From NCBI GenBank assembly GCA_965219675.1, contig OZ244786.1:3420494-3484493 (forward strand): 64,000 nucleotides of DNA, read 5' to 3'. The stretch's first letter is position 1. Each line of letters opens with the position of its first letter. Below are positions 51,776-60,277 of the stretch, in pieces. Below the pieces are notes generated by a model. The model made no database searches. It had not been told where the DNA came from and saw only the letters and a list, made by a program, of their open reading frames with translations. The DNA comes from Candidatus Multivorans sp. GTDB lineage: Bacteria; Acidobacteriota; Thermoanaerobaculia; Multivoradales; Multivoraceae. Position numbers and translations under genes: made by a program.

Positions 51776-53793
51776 TCCGGCCGGTTCGCTGGCCGCGCCT
51801 GACCGCCGCCACAGCACTTCTGCTCTCCCTCTCGGCCATCGGCGTCCGTGCGCAAACCGAAGTCATGGATCGGCTCGTGCCCGTTCCCGAAGTCGACCTT
51901 CGCGGCGTGGACGAGGCGGTGCGCACTCAGATCGCCGAGCAACGCAAACTGCTCGACGACGCGCTTGCCGCCGGCGCGGCGACAACGGAGAGCGCCGCTC
52001 AACTGGGATTGCTGTTCGGCGAGGCCGGTCAGCTCTACCTCGTGTATGACCTTCTGCCACCCGCCAGGGCCTGCCTGGCCAACGCCGCGGAGTTGCAGCC
52101 GCGGAACTTCCGCTGGCGCTACCTCCTGGGAAGCGCCGCGGAGCACCTGGGGCAACTCGAGGAAGCGGTCGCTGCCTACGAACAGGCCCGCGCGCTCCAA
52201 CCTGACGATCCGGCGACGGCCATTCGGCTTGGTCGGGTCTACCTGGAGCTGGGCCAGGGCGAAGAGGCACGCACCCACTATGAGCGCGCCCTGGACCTGC
52301 CCGGCACGCGGCCGGCGGCGCACTTCGGCCTTGGCCGTCTGGCCGCCGAGACGGACGACCCGGCGGCCGCGCTGGAGCACTTCCAGGCAGCCTTGCGGGA
52401 ACAACCTCGAGCCAACTCGCTCCACTACCACATCGCCCTTGCGCAGCGCGCCCTGGGCAACGAGAGCGCGTCCCGCGCAGCGATGGAACTCCGCGGCGAA
52501 GCCCCGGTGGCCTTCGCCGATCCGATCGCCGCGGAGATCAAGGAGTCGGCTACCGGTATCGGGGCTCAACTGCTGCTGGGCCGCGTCGCCCTGGCGGCCA
52601 ACGCCTTTGAAGTCGCGGAAACGCGGTTCCGCGAAGCGGTAGCGGACTATCCCGAGAGCGCCGCGGCGAAGCGCTCGCTGGCAGCGGCCCTGGAGCGCAT
52701 GGGCCGCAGCGCGGAAGCCGCCATGTGGTACCAGCAGGCTCTGGACCTGAGCCCGAACGACGCGGGGCTCCTGTTCCAGACCGGACGCCTGTACAACGCC
52801 GAGCGCCGCCACGTGGCGGCGGCCGAGAGGCTCCGGCGCGCAGCCGAACTCGAGCCGGCCTTCGGTCCGGCGTGGGTCGAACTCGCCGCGGCCCTGACCG
52901 CAACCGCCGACTACCTGGGCGCGGCCGAGGCACTGACCCGGGCGCTCGAACTGGCTCCGGGGGACACGAATCTCCGGTTTCACCGAGCGCGTAACTACGG
53001 GCTGGGAGAGCGACGTGAACTGGCTCTCCGAGAGTTCGAATCACTCCTCGCCGACTTCGGACACAACGCCGAAATCCTCTTGCAACTCGGGCGGATCGAG
53101 GGCGAACTCGGCCGACCTGCCTCGGCGGCGCGGCGCTTCGAGCAGCTCATCGCAGCGGGCGCCGAGCCGGCCCTGCTGAGCCAGGCCCATTTCGCACTTG
53201 GCAACATCCGCACCGAGCAGGAACGCTACGAGGAGGCGATCCCCCACTACCAGCGGGCGATCATCGCCAATCCGACCCTCAAGGCGGGCTACGTCAACCT
53301 GAGCACGGCCCTCGGTCGCCTGGGTCAGTTCAAGGAAGCCGCCCTGGCTTCGCGACGCGCCCTGGAGCTCGACCCCACCGACAGCCAGGTCCGCGCCGCC
53401 GAGCTCACAGCCCTCCTGCTCGCGGGCGAAGACGCCCAGGTGCGGCTGATGCTCGAGGAGACCCTGCAGCTTCCCGACCAGGGCGGCAGCGGCTACTTCC
53501 CTCTCCTGTTGGCCCAGGTCCTGGCCGCCTCGGAAGACGACGAAGTCCGAAACGGCGAGATGGCCCTGCGTCTCGCCCAGCAGCTCTTCCAGAGCGCCCA
53601 GACACCGGCCCACGGCGCCGTCCTGGCGATGGCCTACGCCGAAACCGACGACTTCGAGGAGGCAGCGGCCTGGCAGGAACGACTGATCGAGAGCCTGGAA
53701 CGAACCGGCCCCCCCGAGGCCCTCGAAGATGCGCGCGAACGGCTCGCCGCCTACAGGGCAGGTCGCAAGATCCGCGCTCCCTGGCGCCGCTGA
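51772..53793 (+). CDS. Secreted multi-TPR protein
   Basis: Signal peptide and many TPR units (AYEQARALQP, YQQALDLSP, RALELDP); ATGA-coupled to the upstream gene. Confidence 0.85.
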   Translation: MIRPVRWPRLTAATALLLSLSAIGVRAQTEVMDRLVPVPEVDLRGVDEAVRTQIAEQRKLLDDALAAGAATTESAAQLGLLFGEAGQLYLVYDLLPPARACLANAAELQPRNFRWRYLLGSAAEHLGQLEEAVAAYEQARALQPDDPATAIRLGRVYLELGQGEEARTHYERALDLPGTRPAAHFGLGRLAAETDDPAAALEHFQAALREQPRANSLHYHIALAQRALGNESASRAAMELRGEAPVAFADPIAAEIKESATGIGAQLLLGRVALAANAFEVAETRFREAVADYPESAAAKRSLAAALERMGRSAEAAMWYQQALDLSPNDAGLLFQTGRLYNAERRHVAAAERLRRAAELEPAFGPAWVELAAALTATADYLGAAEALTRALELAPGDTNLRFHRARNYGLGERRELALREFESLLADFGHNAEILLQLGRIEGELGRPASAARRFEQLIAAGAEPALLSQAHFALGNIRTEQERYEEAIPHYQRAIIANPTLKAGYVNLSTALGRLGQFKEAALASRRALELDPTDSQVRAAELTALLLAGEDAQVRLMLEETLQLPDQGGSGYFPLLLAQVLAASEDDEVRNGEMALRLAQQLFQSAQTPAHGAVLAMAYAETDDFEEAAAWQERLIESLERTGPPEALEDARERLAAYRAGRKIRAPWRR

Positions 53794-53855
53794 GGCGAGG
53801 CGGCGGCCTGACGGCGGTGGCGTAGCGGCGGGGTGTAGCGGCGGTGCTTGCTGCC

Positions 53856-54037
53856 GCCTCGGCTGGACGGACCGAAGGGAAGGGGTCCCGGCGGACGCTC
53901 GCACTTCCTGAGTAGATGGGAGGTGGGTGCTCGCTTCGGTCGGCTGCGCTCCGGTTGGGCGTCGGCCTATGGCAGGGCGTCGGCCGTCGCTTGCCGACAG
54001 CCCGCTGGGACCCCTTCCCTTCGGTCCTGGCCGAGGC
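53856..54037. repeat. 182-nt long inverted-repeat element (MITE-like or structured RNA)
   Basis: Perfect 21-bp IR GGACCGAAGGGAAGGGGTCCC (53869-53889) / GGGACCCCTTCCCTTCGGTCC (54007-54027), outer GCCTCGGC/GCCGAGGC, internal hairpins. Confidence 0.7.
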
Positions 54038-54132
54038 TGGAGGGCGTTGCGCCGCGTGGCGAGCACATGCGCCGGGACCGCATCGCCACGAACTCTGTGC
54101 GCAGTTCGCAGCAAGAGCATTCGTCACGGACT

Positions 54133-54156
54133 GGGTGCGCCGGCGTCCCCGCCGGC
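54133..54156 (+). repeat. REP-like palindrome, copy 1
   Basis: GGGTGCGCCGGCGTCCCCGCCGGC with a 7-bp stem; 23/24 identical to the reverse complement of 59440-59463. Confidence 0.7.
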
Positions 54157-54251
54157 TGCCGCCGAAGGCGGCCACGGAAACAGCCGCCGGCCGCAGATCG
54201 GCGACCTCCCTTCGGTCATTAGGATCACGCCTGTCCGGTACGACGATCGTT

Positions 54252-55529
54252 TCAGTCTTCGGCCAGTATTCGTCGGAGGCGCGGATGGAGGACGCTGACC
54301 AGGCGATTCCCGCGGTCGCGCATCCAAGCGACGGCCTCCCGATACTCTTCGCTCTCTTCGCTGCTCTCGAACAGGGACGGGACGCACTCTCTTCGGAAAC
54401 CGAGACAGGAGCGTCCACGTTGAGTAGGCCAGACCTCGAGGTCTTCCCACGCACCATCCCGATGTGACGGCCGCGGCCGAGTCTCCCCTCTCAGTTCGTC
54501 GAGCGCGGCCAACGTCTCATCGAAGATCCGTTCCTCTCGCGCGCAGCCTGCTCGGGCAGTCAAATAGCAACTGATCGTCGAGCCGGATCGAGAAAAGACG
54601 AACCGCAAGGCTTCGCCGTTCCACGCCGCTCCCCGGACCTTGATCCTCAGCGGGAACGTTTCTTCCTCTGGATCAGGAGGCTCCGAATCCGGATCAGCAA
54701 AGGCAAAGCCCTCGGTGAACACCACTCGCCAGAACCTGCGCGTATCCCTAGTCCAGTCCGAGTCCCCAGGAGCGCTCTCATGAACATCGCCTTTCTCCGC
54801 CACGGACTCCACCGGAACTGCGCCGTCCACGGCAAACCGCTGGATAATCTCCGTACGGGCCAGAACCCGCGGCTGCACGATGAGCCGATCGACTCCATCG
54901 CTATACAGCGCCGCCTCCACGAGCGCAAGATTGAAGTGGAGGCCGCTGTGGCTCTGGACGAAGTCGACGATCTTCTCCGCCCGTTCCCGGATGCCGTCGC
55001 CGATGACCAGAAGCAGGAACTCGCCGCGTCTCAGATGCCGCGTGACGTTGTCGACGAACTCCGCTTCGACGACGTCGGGATGCCGCCCGGAGACCAGCCC
55101 GTACAGGACGTTCGAGCCTTCTCCGCCAAGCGCCAGGGAGACTTGACGTTGCAGGTCCTCGTAACTCCAGGATGCGAGTGCCGCCGCGTAGTCAAGGATC
55201 TGGCCGATCACCTCGCGTCGCGCTTGAGGGTTGCGCCAGAGCTTGAATTCGCAAAGCGTGAGCCGACCCAAGGCGTTGACGTACAGGGCGTCGATGCTCC
55301 CGGCGGGTAGCGAGAGTTCTCGACAGACTGCAACCGGAGACCCATAGGAGGGGTCGATCGCAGCGATCGGGAGACACTCCGGATGGTCGAAGAGAAGCTT
55401 CTGAAGGGTCGCCTCGTCAACACTCCCTTGGCCGACGCCCGCCCCCAGGGGCACGCGTTCCAGGACTTCCGTGGACTCGTCGTTGCAGTCAATGCGAATC
55501 AGCTCGCCATAGCGGGAGTCGTTGCTCAT
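54252..55529 (-). CDS. Putative PD-(D/E)XK nuclease (NucS/DUF4268-like)
   Basis: E..LQ..L, RE...GSIDALYV, CEFKL, RREVIGQILDYA pattern of RecB/NucS-like nucleases. Confidence 0.65.
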   Translation of the reverse strand: MSNDSRYGELIRIDCNDESTEVLERVPLGAGVGQGSVDEATLQKLLFDHPECLPIAAIDPSYGSPVAVCRELSLPAGSIDALYVNALGRLTLCEFKLWRNPQARREVIGQILDYAAALASWSYEDLQRQVSLALGGEGSNVLYGLVSGRHPDVVEAEFVDNVTRHLRRGEFLLLVIGDGIRERAEKIVDFVQSHSGLHFNLALVEAALYSDGVDRLIVQPRVLARTEIIQRFAVDGAVPVESVAEKGDVHESAPGDSDWTRDTRRFWRVVFTEGFAFADPDSEPPDPEEETFPLRIKVRGAAWNGEALRFVFSRSGSTISCYLTARAGCAREERIFDETLAALDELRGETRPRPSHRDGAWEDLEVWPTQRGRSCLGFRRECVPSLFESSEESEEYREAVAWMRDRGNRLVSVLHPRLRRILAED

Positions 55530-55535
55530 GACGGA

Positions 55536-56384
55536 CTAACGGAACGCAGCCGTTCCAGGCTCGTATCGGCCGGGCTCGGCTTCCACTACCTTGCCCCCTT
55601 CGACCAAGGCATCCAGATGCGCGCGCAAGGAGAACGCGGCGGGGCCGTGGAGTTTGGGGTCGATATCGGCGTAGATGCGTTCGACCATCTCGGGGATCGT
55701 GGCGATGCCGGAGGCGATCGCTTCGAGGGCCTGGTCGGTCCGTTGCTGGCGGTGGCTGTGGATTTCGCGGATCCGGTCGAGCGGGGGCTTGATCGACTCG
55801 CCGTGGCCGGGGTGGAGGACGTCGATGCCGCCGCCCTGGCCGAGTTCGAGGAGCCGTTCGAGGGAGGCCATGTACTGGTTCAGGTTGCCGTCGGGCGGGG
55901 CGATGATCGAGGTCGACCAGCCCATCACCAGGTCGGCGGTGAACACGGCCCGCTCCTCCTCGAGCAGGAAGCAGAGGTGGTCGCTGGCGTGGCCCGGGGT
56001 GTGGAGGGCCACCAGCGTCGCATCTCCCGCGGAGAGGCGGTCGCCGTCCCTGAGTCGGGGTCCGGCGGCGAAAGGTGGCTGCTCGCTGAAGGCGAGGATC
56101 CGGGTTCCGAAGTGCTCGGCGACGCGGGGCGCCAGGGGCCAGTGGTCCCGGTGCGTATGGCTGATCAGCACCGCCGCCACCTCGCGGCCGCCCACGGCCT
56201 CAAGCACGGCCTCGAAGTGGGCGTCGTCCTCTTCCCCGGGGTCGAGCACGAACGCCGGGCCGTCGTCGCCGCCGATGACCCAGGCATTCGTGCCCGGACC
56301 GGTGAACATGCCCGGGTTGTCCTGCGTGACGCGCAGCACGCGGTCGGAGAGCCGCACGGGCGTGCCCTTCAGGAGGGTGTCCAA
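55536..56384 (-). CDS. MBL-fold metallo-hydrolase (LACTB2-like) with C-terminal winged helix
   Basis: NPGMFTGPGTN, SHTHRDH, TPGHASDH, PGHG, IY...AHL..L. Confidence 0.88.
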   Translation of the reverse strand: MDTLLKGTPVRLSDRVLRVTQDNPGMFTGPGTNAWVIGGDDGPAFVLDPGEEDDAHFEAVLEAVGGREVAAVLISHTHRDHWPLAPRVAEHFGTRILAFSEQPPFAAGPRLRDGDRLSAGDATLVALHTPGHASDHLCFLLEEERAVFTADLVMGWSTSIIAPPDGNLNQYMASLERLLELGQGGGIDVLHPGHGESIKPPLDRIREIHSHRQQRTDQALEAIASGIATIPEMVERIYADIDPKLHGPAAFSLRAHLDALVEGGKVVEAEPGRYEPGTAAFR

Positions 56385-56395
56385 CGTCGCGCGCC

Positions 56396-57262
56396 CTAGC
56401 GGCTGAAGGCCCGCTGCCAGTCCTTCGCGTTCGCCGCGGAGGGGCGACTCGCGGCTTCTTCGTAGCCCTCGTCACCGGGCAGCACGGCACGCGCGGGTTC
56501 GTCCGGGGTCCGGCCCAGCAGCACGCGCGGCTGCATCACGGGGAAGCGCTCCTGCGCGTCGACGGCGGCGATCGCTTCGTCCGCCGTCCCGAACACGGCC
56601 AGCTTCTGCAGATTGCGGATAGTGGGAAAGATGATCATCCACTCCTTGCGACGCCCGTGTTCGAGAGCTTCCTCGGCCGTAACCCAGGCAGAACTAGTCA
56701 GTTCGTGGTCGTCGTGGCCGGCGGTCTGGTTCCCCGGCGCCCGCGCGACGAAGAAGCGGGTGTCGTAGCGTCTCGGCTGTCCCTCCGGCGTGATCCAGTG
56801 CGCCCAGTAGCTGATCCGGTCGGTGGCGAGCGTCAGGCTCTCGGCGGCCGCGATGTCGAGCAGGGACTGTTTGCCGGCGTTCAACTCGGCTCGCAGACGC
56901 TCGAAGTGCTCCTCGACCGCCCGGTCCGAGAAGTCGAGGATCCGGCCGTCGCGGTCGTAGGCGAGCAGCACGCCCGCCTCCTCGAAGCACTCCCGAATCG
57001 CCGCGACGTAGAAGGTCAGGCCGCCCTCTTCAAGCGCGAGCCGGGCGCTCGCCTCGCGGTCGGTGAGACCGTGGCAGAGCGCTTCGTCGACCCGGTCTTC
57101 CGGATCGACGCGGCCACCCGGAAAGACGTAGGCGCCCCCGACGAAGTCGGACTGGATGTGGCGGCGTTCCATGAACACCTCGACTCCGCGGTCGCTGTCC
57201 CGCAGCAGGAGGACGGTCGAGGCGTGGCGGGCCTCCACCCGGGATGTCGCCTGATCAGCCAT
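56396..57262 (-). CDS. NUDIX hydrolase (NUDT19-like)
   Basis: ASTVLLLRD, YVFPGGRVD, AAIRECFEEAG, WITP...RRYDTRFF, FPT; start 57262 or 57271. Confidence 0.87.
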   Translation of the reverse strand: MADQATSRVEARHASTVLLLRDSDRGVEVFMERRHIQSDFVGGAYVFPGGRVDPEDRVDEALCHGLTDREASARLALEEGGLTFYVAAIRECFEEAGVLLAYDRDGRILDFSDRAVEEHFERLRAELNAGKQSLLDIAAAESLTLATDRISYWAHWITPEGQPRRYDTRFFVARAPGNQTAGHDDHELTSSAWVTAEEALEHGRRKEWMIIFPTIRNLQKLAVFGTADEAIAAVDAQERFPVMQPRVLLGRTPDEPARAVLPGDEGYEEAASRPSAANAKDWQRAFSR

Positions 57263-58541
57263 TCTCACCATCCAGTTCTTCGATCAGGTCGTCGGCCGGA
57301 GGCTCCGTCGCCTGCAGGCGCCTGGCAGTGGCCTCCGCGGCGCGCATGGCGCGCAGGAAACTGCGGCCCGCGATGTCCTTCAGTTCGTCGTCGCTGTAGC
57401 CGCGCCGGACGAGTTCCACGAACAGATCCGGAAACGTCGAAGCGTCTTCCAGGCCGACCGGCACGGTCGGGATGCCGTCGTAGTCCGAGCCGATTCCGAG
57501 ATGCGCGGTGCCGATCAAGGCCCGGACGTGGTCGATGTGGTCGGCCACATCGCTGAGGGATGCCTGGGCGCCCGGGTTCTCGCTTCGCCAGGCCATCAGC
57601 CGGCGGCGGATCTCTTCCGGCGCGGTTCCCGCGGCCATCAGTCGCCGGCGTTCGGCATCCAGGCTCTGGAAGGACTCCCGCACCTTCTCGTTGACGAAGG
57701 ACGGCACGAAAGTGACCATGACCACGCCGCCGTTGTCGGCCAGCCGGCGCAGGACGTCGTCGGGCACGTTGCGCGGACTGGCGGTGACCGCGAACGCCGA
57801 GGAGTGGGAGAAGATGACCGGCGCTTCGGACTCGTCCAGCGAATCGTGCATCGTCCGCGGCGAAACGTGGGAGAGGTCCACCAGCATGCCGAGCCGGTTC
57901 ATCTCCCGGATCACCCGCCGGCCGAACGCCGTGAGCCCGCCGTGCGCCGGCTGGTCGGTCGCCGCGTCGGCCCAGGCGACGTTGCTGTTGTGAGTCAGGG
58001 TCATGTAGCGAACGCCAACCTCGTAGAGCTGCCGCAGCACGCCGAGGGACGACTCGATCGAGTGTCCGCCCTCGGCGCCGAGCAGGGACGCGACCTTGCC
58101 CGCGGCGTGGACGCGCTCGATGTCGTCCGCACTGAGGGCCAGCTCCAGGTCGTCCGGATAGCGCTCGATCAGGCGCTTCGTCAGGTCGACCTGCTCGAAC
58201 ACGACCCGGGCCGCGCCGGCCCCGCTGTAGGAGGTCGGAATGTAGACCGACCAGAACTGGGCACCCACTCCGCCCTGGCGCAGGCGCCGCAGGTCGGTGT
58301 GCATCGGCGGCTCGAGCGCCGTCGTGTCCTGGAAGTCGATGCGGTCGAGGTGGTTCGAAACCCGCGTCCGGTACTGCCACGGGACGTCGTTGTGTCCGTC
58401 GACGAGCGGCACTTCCCGCAGCAGGCGGAGCACGTGCTCCCGGCTGGCGCGGTCCTCCTGAGCGTCGATCACGGGCGGTGAACCATAGCTCACCGCGGCG
58501 GCCACGACGGCACCCAGCACGACGCCGGTTCTTCTTCTCAT
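57255..58541 (-). CDS. Membrane dipeptidase (peptidase M19)
   Basis: DGHNDVPW, HTDL, AQFWSVY, EGGH, TLTH, VDLSHVS, SHSS, GSDYDG; N-terminal signal; ATG at 58541. Confidence 0.92.
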   Translation of the reverse strand: MRRRTGVVLGAVVAAAVSYGSPPVIDAQEDRASREHVLRLLREVPLVDGHNDVPWQYRTRVSNHLDRIDFQDTTALEPPMHTDLRRLRQGGVGAQFWSVYIPTSYSGAGAARVVFEQVDLTKRLIERYPDDLELALSADDIERVHAAGKVASLLGAEGGHSIESSLGVLRQLYEVGVRYMTLTHNSNVAWADAATDQPAHGGLTAFGRRVIREMNRLGMLVDLSHVSPRTMHDSLDESEAPVIFSHSSAFAVTASPRNVPDDVLRRLADNGGVVMVTFVPSFVNEKVRESFQSLDAERRRLMAAGTAPEEIRRRLMAWRSENPGAQASLSDVADHIDHVRALIGTAHLGIGSDYDGIPTVPVGLEDASTFPDLFVELVRRGYSDDELKDIAGRSFLRAMRAAEATARRLQATEPPADDLIEELDGENG

Positions 58542-58638
58542 CCTGGTTCCCTTCCCTGGTGTACGCACGAGCGGCGATTGTAGGGGAACCGGCCCGCCGC
58601 CCGCCGCCGGGCCGGGTCCCGGTGCTAGTCTGCGCGCG

Positions 58639-59421
58639 GTGCAGGGCTGCTGGGCAAGGTCGATCGGCATCGTCGGTCTGGGCAGTTTCGGCCGCTTCCT
58701 GGTCCGGCACCTGAACTCCCGCTTCGACGTTCAGGTCTGGGATCGCCGCGACCTGAGCGAGCGGGCCGCCGCGCTCGGTGCGCGCTGGTCAGACCTCGAA
58801 GGCTGCGCCGGCTGCGACATCGTGATTCCGGCGGTGCCGGTCCAGGATCTGGAAGGGCTGGTCGTCGACCTGGCCCCGCGCCTCGCAGCGGGCGCCCTGG
58901 TTGTCGACGTCGCCTCGGTCAAGGTGAAGCCGCTCCGGATCCTCGAGCGGCGCCTGCCACGGCAGGTCCAGTACATCGGTACTCACCCGATGTTCGGCCC
59001 CCAGAGCGGTCGCGGCGGGATCCGCGACCTGAAGGTCGTTCTCTGCCTCCCCGAGCGCCCGATCGACAGGCAACGGGTCGAAGCGGTGCGAGCCTTCCTC
59101 GAGTCGGACCTGGAACTCCAGGTGATCGAGATGTCAGCCGAGGAACACGACTCCGAGATGGCCTACATCCAGGGCCTGACCCACTGGATGGCCAAGGCCC
59201 TCCGGGAGATTCACGTCCCGGACCCGGCCCTCGGCACGGTCGCCTACCGGCACATGATGAAGATCGAGGAGAACCTCCGCGACGACTCGGACGACCTGTT
59301 CCTGACGATCGCCCGCGAGAACCCCTTCGCGGCTGCCGCCCGCCGGGAACTCCGCGAGAGGCTGCGGGAGATCGAGGAGGCGCTCGAGCGCGAACCGCCG
59401 GGCCGCGGGCCGGACCGCTAG
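58639..59421 (+). CDS. tyrA: Prephenate/arogenate dehydrogenase
   Basis: GIVGLGSFG, DVASVK, THPMFGP, EEHD..MA..QGLTH. Confidence 0.82.
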   Translation: MQGCWARSIGIVGLGSFGRFLVRHLNSRFDVQVWDRRDLSERAAALGARWSDLEGCAGCDIVIPAVPVQDLEGLVVDLAPRLAAGALVVDVASVKVKPLRILERRLPRQVQYIGTHPMFGPQSGRGGIRDLKVVLCLPERPIDRQRVEAVRAFLESDLELQVIEMSAEEHDSEMAYIQGLTHWMAKALREIHVPDPALGTVAYRHMMKIEENLRDDSDDLFLTIARENPFAAAARRELRERLREIEEALEREPPGRGPDR

Positions 59422-59463
59422 CCCGGTTGGACTACCGGGGCCGGCGAGGACGCCGGCGCACCC
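59422..59463. repeat. Tandem hairpins between convergent genes, including REP-like copy 2 (59440-59463, minus strand)
   Basis: CCCGGT/ACCGGG and GCCGGCG/CGCCGGC stems; the second matches the repeat at 54133. Confidence 0.65.
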
Positions 59464-59469
59464 GGTGGA

Positions 59470-60261
59470 TCAGGACAACCAGCGCTTGCGACGGCGGTAG
59501 TGCTTCACGTCGCGGTAGCTCTTTCGCTGGCCGACCTGGGTCAGGCCGAGGTAGAACTCCTTCACGTCGGCGTTGTCCTGGAGCTCCGCCGGAGTCCCCT
59601 CGAGGACGACGCGGCCTCCCTCCATGATGTAGCCGTAGTGGGCAATCTCGAGCGCGCGGCTGGCGTTCTGCTCCACCAGGAGAATCGTGGTCCCCTGTTC
59701 CCGGTTGATGCGCTGGACGATCTCGAAGATCTCCTGGACCAGCAGAGGCGCCAGACCGAGGGAGGGTTCGTCCAGAAGCATCAGCTTCGGCCGCGCCATC
59801 AGGGCCCTTCCGATCGCCAGCATCTGCTGCTCGCCGCCTGAGAGGAAGCCGGCCATCGACGCGCCGCGCTCCTTGAGGCGCGGAAAGTAACTGTAGACGC
59901 GGTCCAGAGACTCGTCGACCCCGCCGTCTCTGGCCGTGTAGGCGCCGGCCAGGAGGTTCTCCTGCGGCGTCAGGTGTTCGAAGACCCGGCGCCCCTCCAT
60001 GACCTGGAAGATCCCCCGGCGCACGATGTCCTCGGCCGGCAGCTTGTCGATCTGCTCGCCCTCGAACTCGACCCCGCCGTCCGTGACCTCGCCGTCCTCG
60101 GGATGGAGCAGCCCCGAGATCGCCTTGAGCGTCGTCGACTTGCCGGCCCCGTTCGTGCCCAGCAGCGCCGCGATCTGGCCCTGCTCCACCTTGAGCGAGA
60201 GCCCCTTGAGCACGAGGATGACGTCGTTGTAGATGACCTCGACGTTGTTCAGGGACAGCAT
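59470..60261 (-). CDS. ABC transporter ATP-binding protein (LivF-like)
   Basis: GTNGAGKST, LSGGEQQMLAIGRALM, LLDEPSLGLAP, LVEQN. Confidence 0.93.
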   Translation of the reverse strand: MLSLNNVEVIYNDVILVLKGLSLKVEQGQIAALLGTNGAGKSTTLKAISGLLHPEDGEVTDGGVEFEGEQIDKLPAEDIVRRGIFQVMEGRRVFEHLTPQENLLAGAYTARDGGVDESLDRVYSYFPRLKERGASMAGFLSGGEQQMLAIGRALMARPKLMLLDEPSLGLAPLLVQEIFEIVQRINREQGTTILLVEQNASRALEIAHYGYIMEGGRVVLEGTPAELQDNADVKEFYLGLTQVGQRKSYRDVKHYRRRKRWLS

Positions 60262-60277
60262 GGCGTCGATGCCTGCC

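Noticed and set aside
53794-54467. Short ORFs predicted in the intergenic IR region
   Set aside because: No RBS, motifs or coding-like composition; the region is better explained by inverted repeats.
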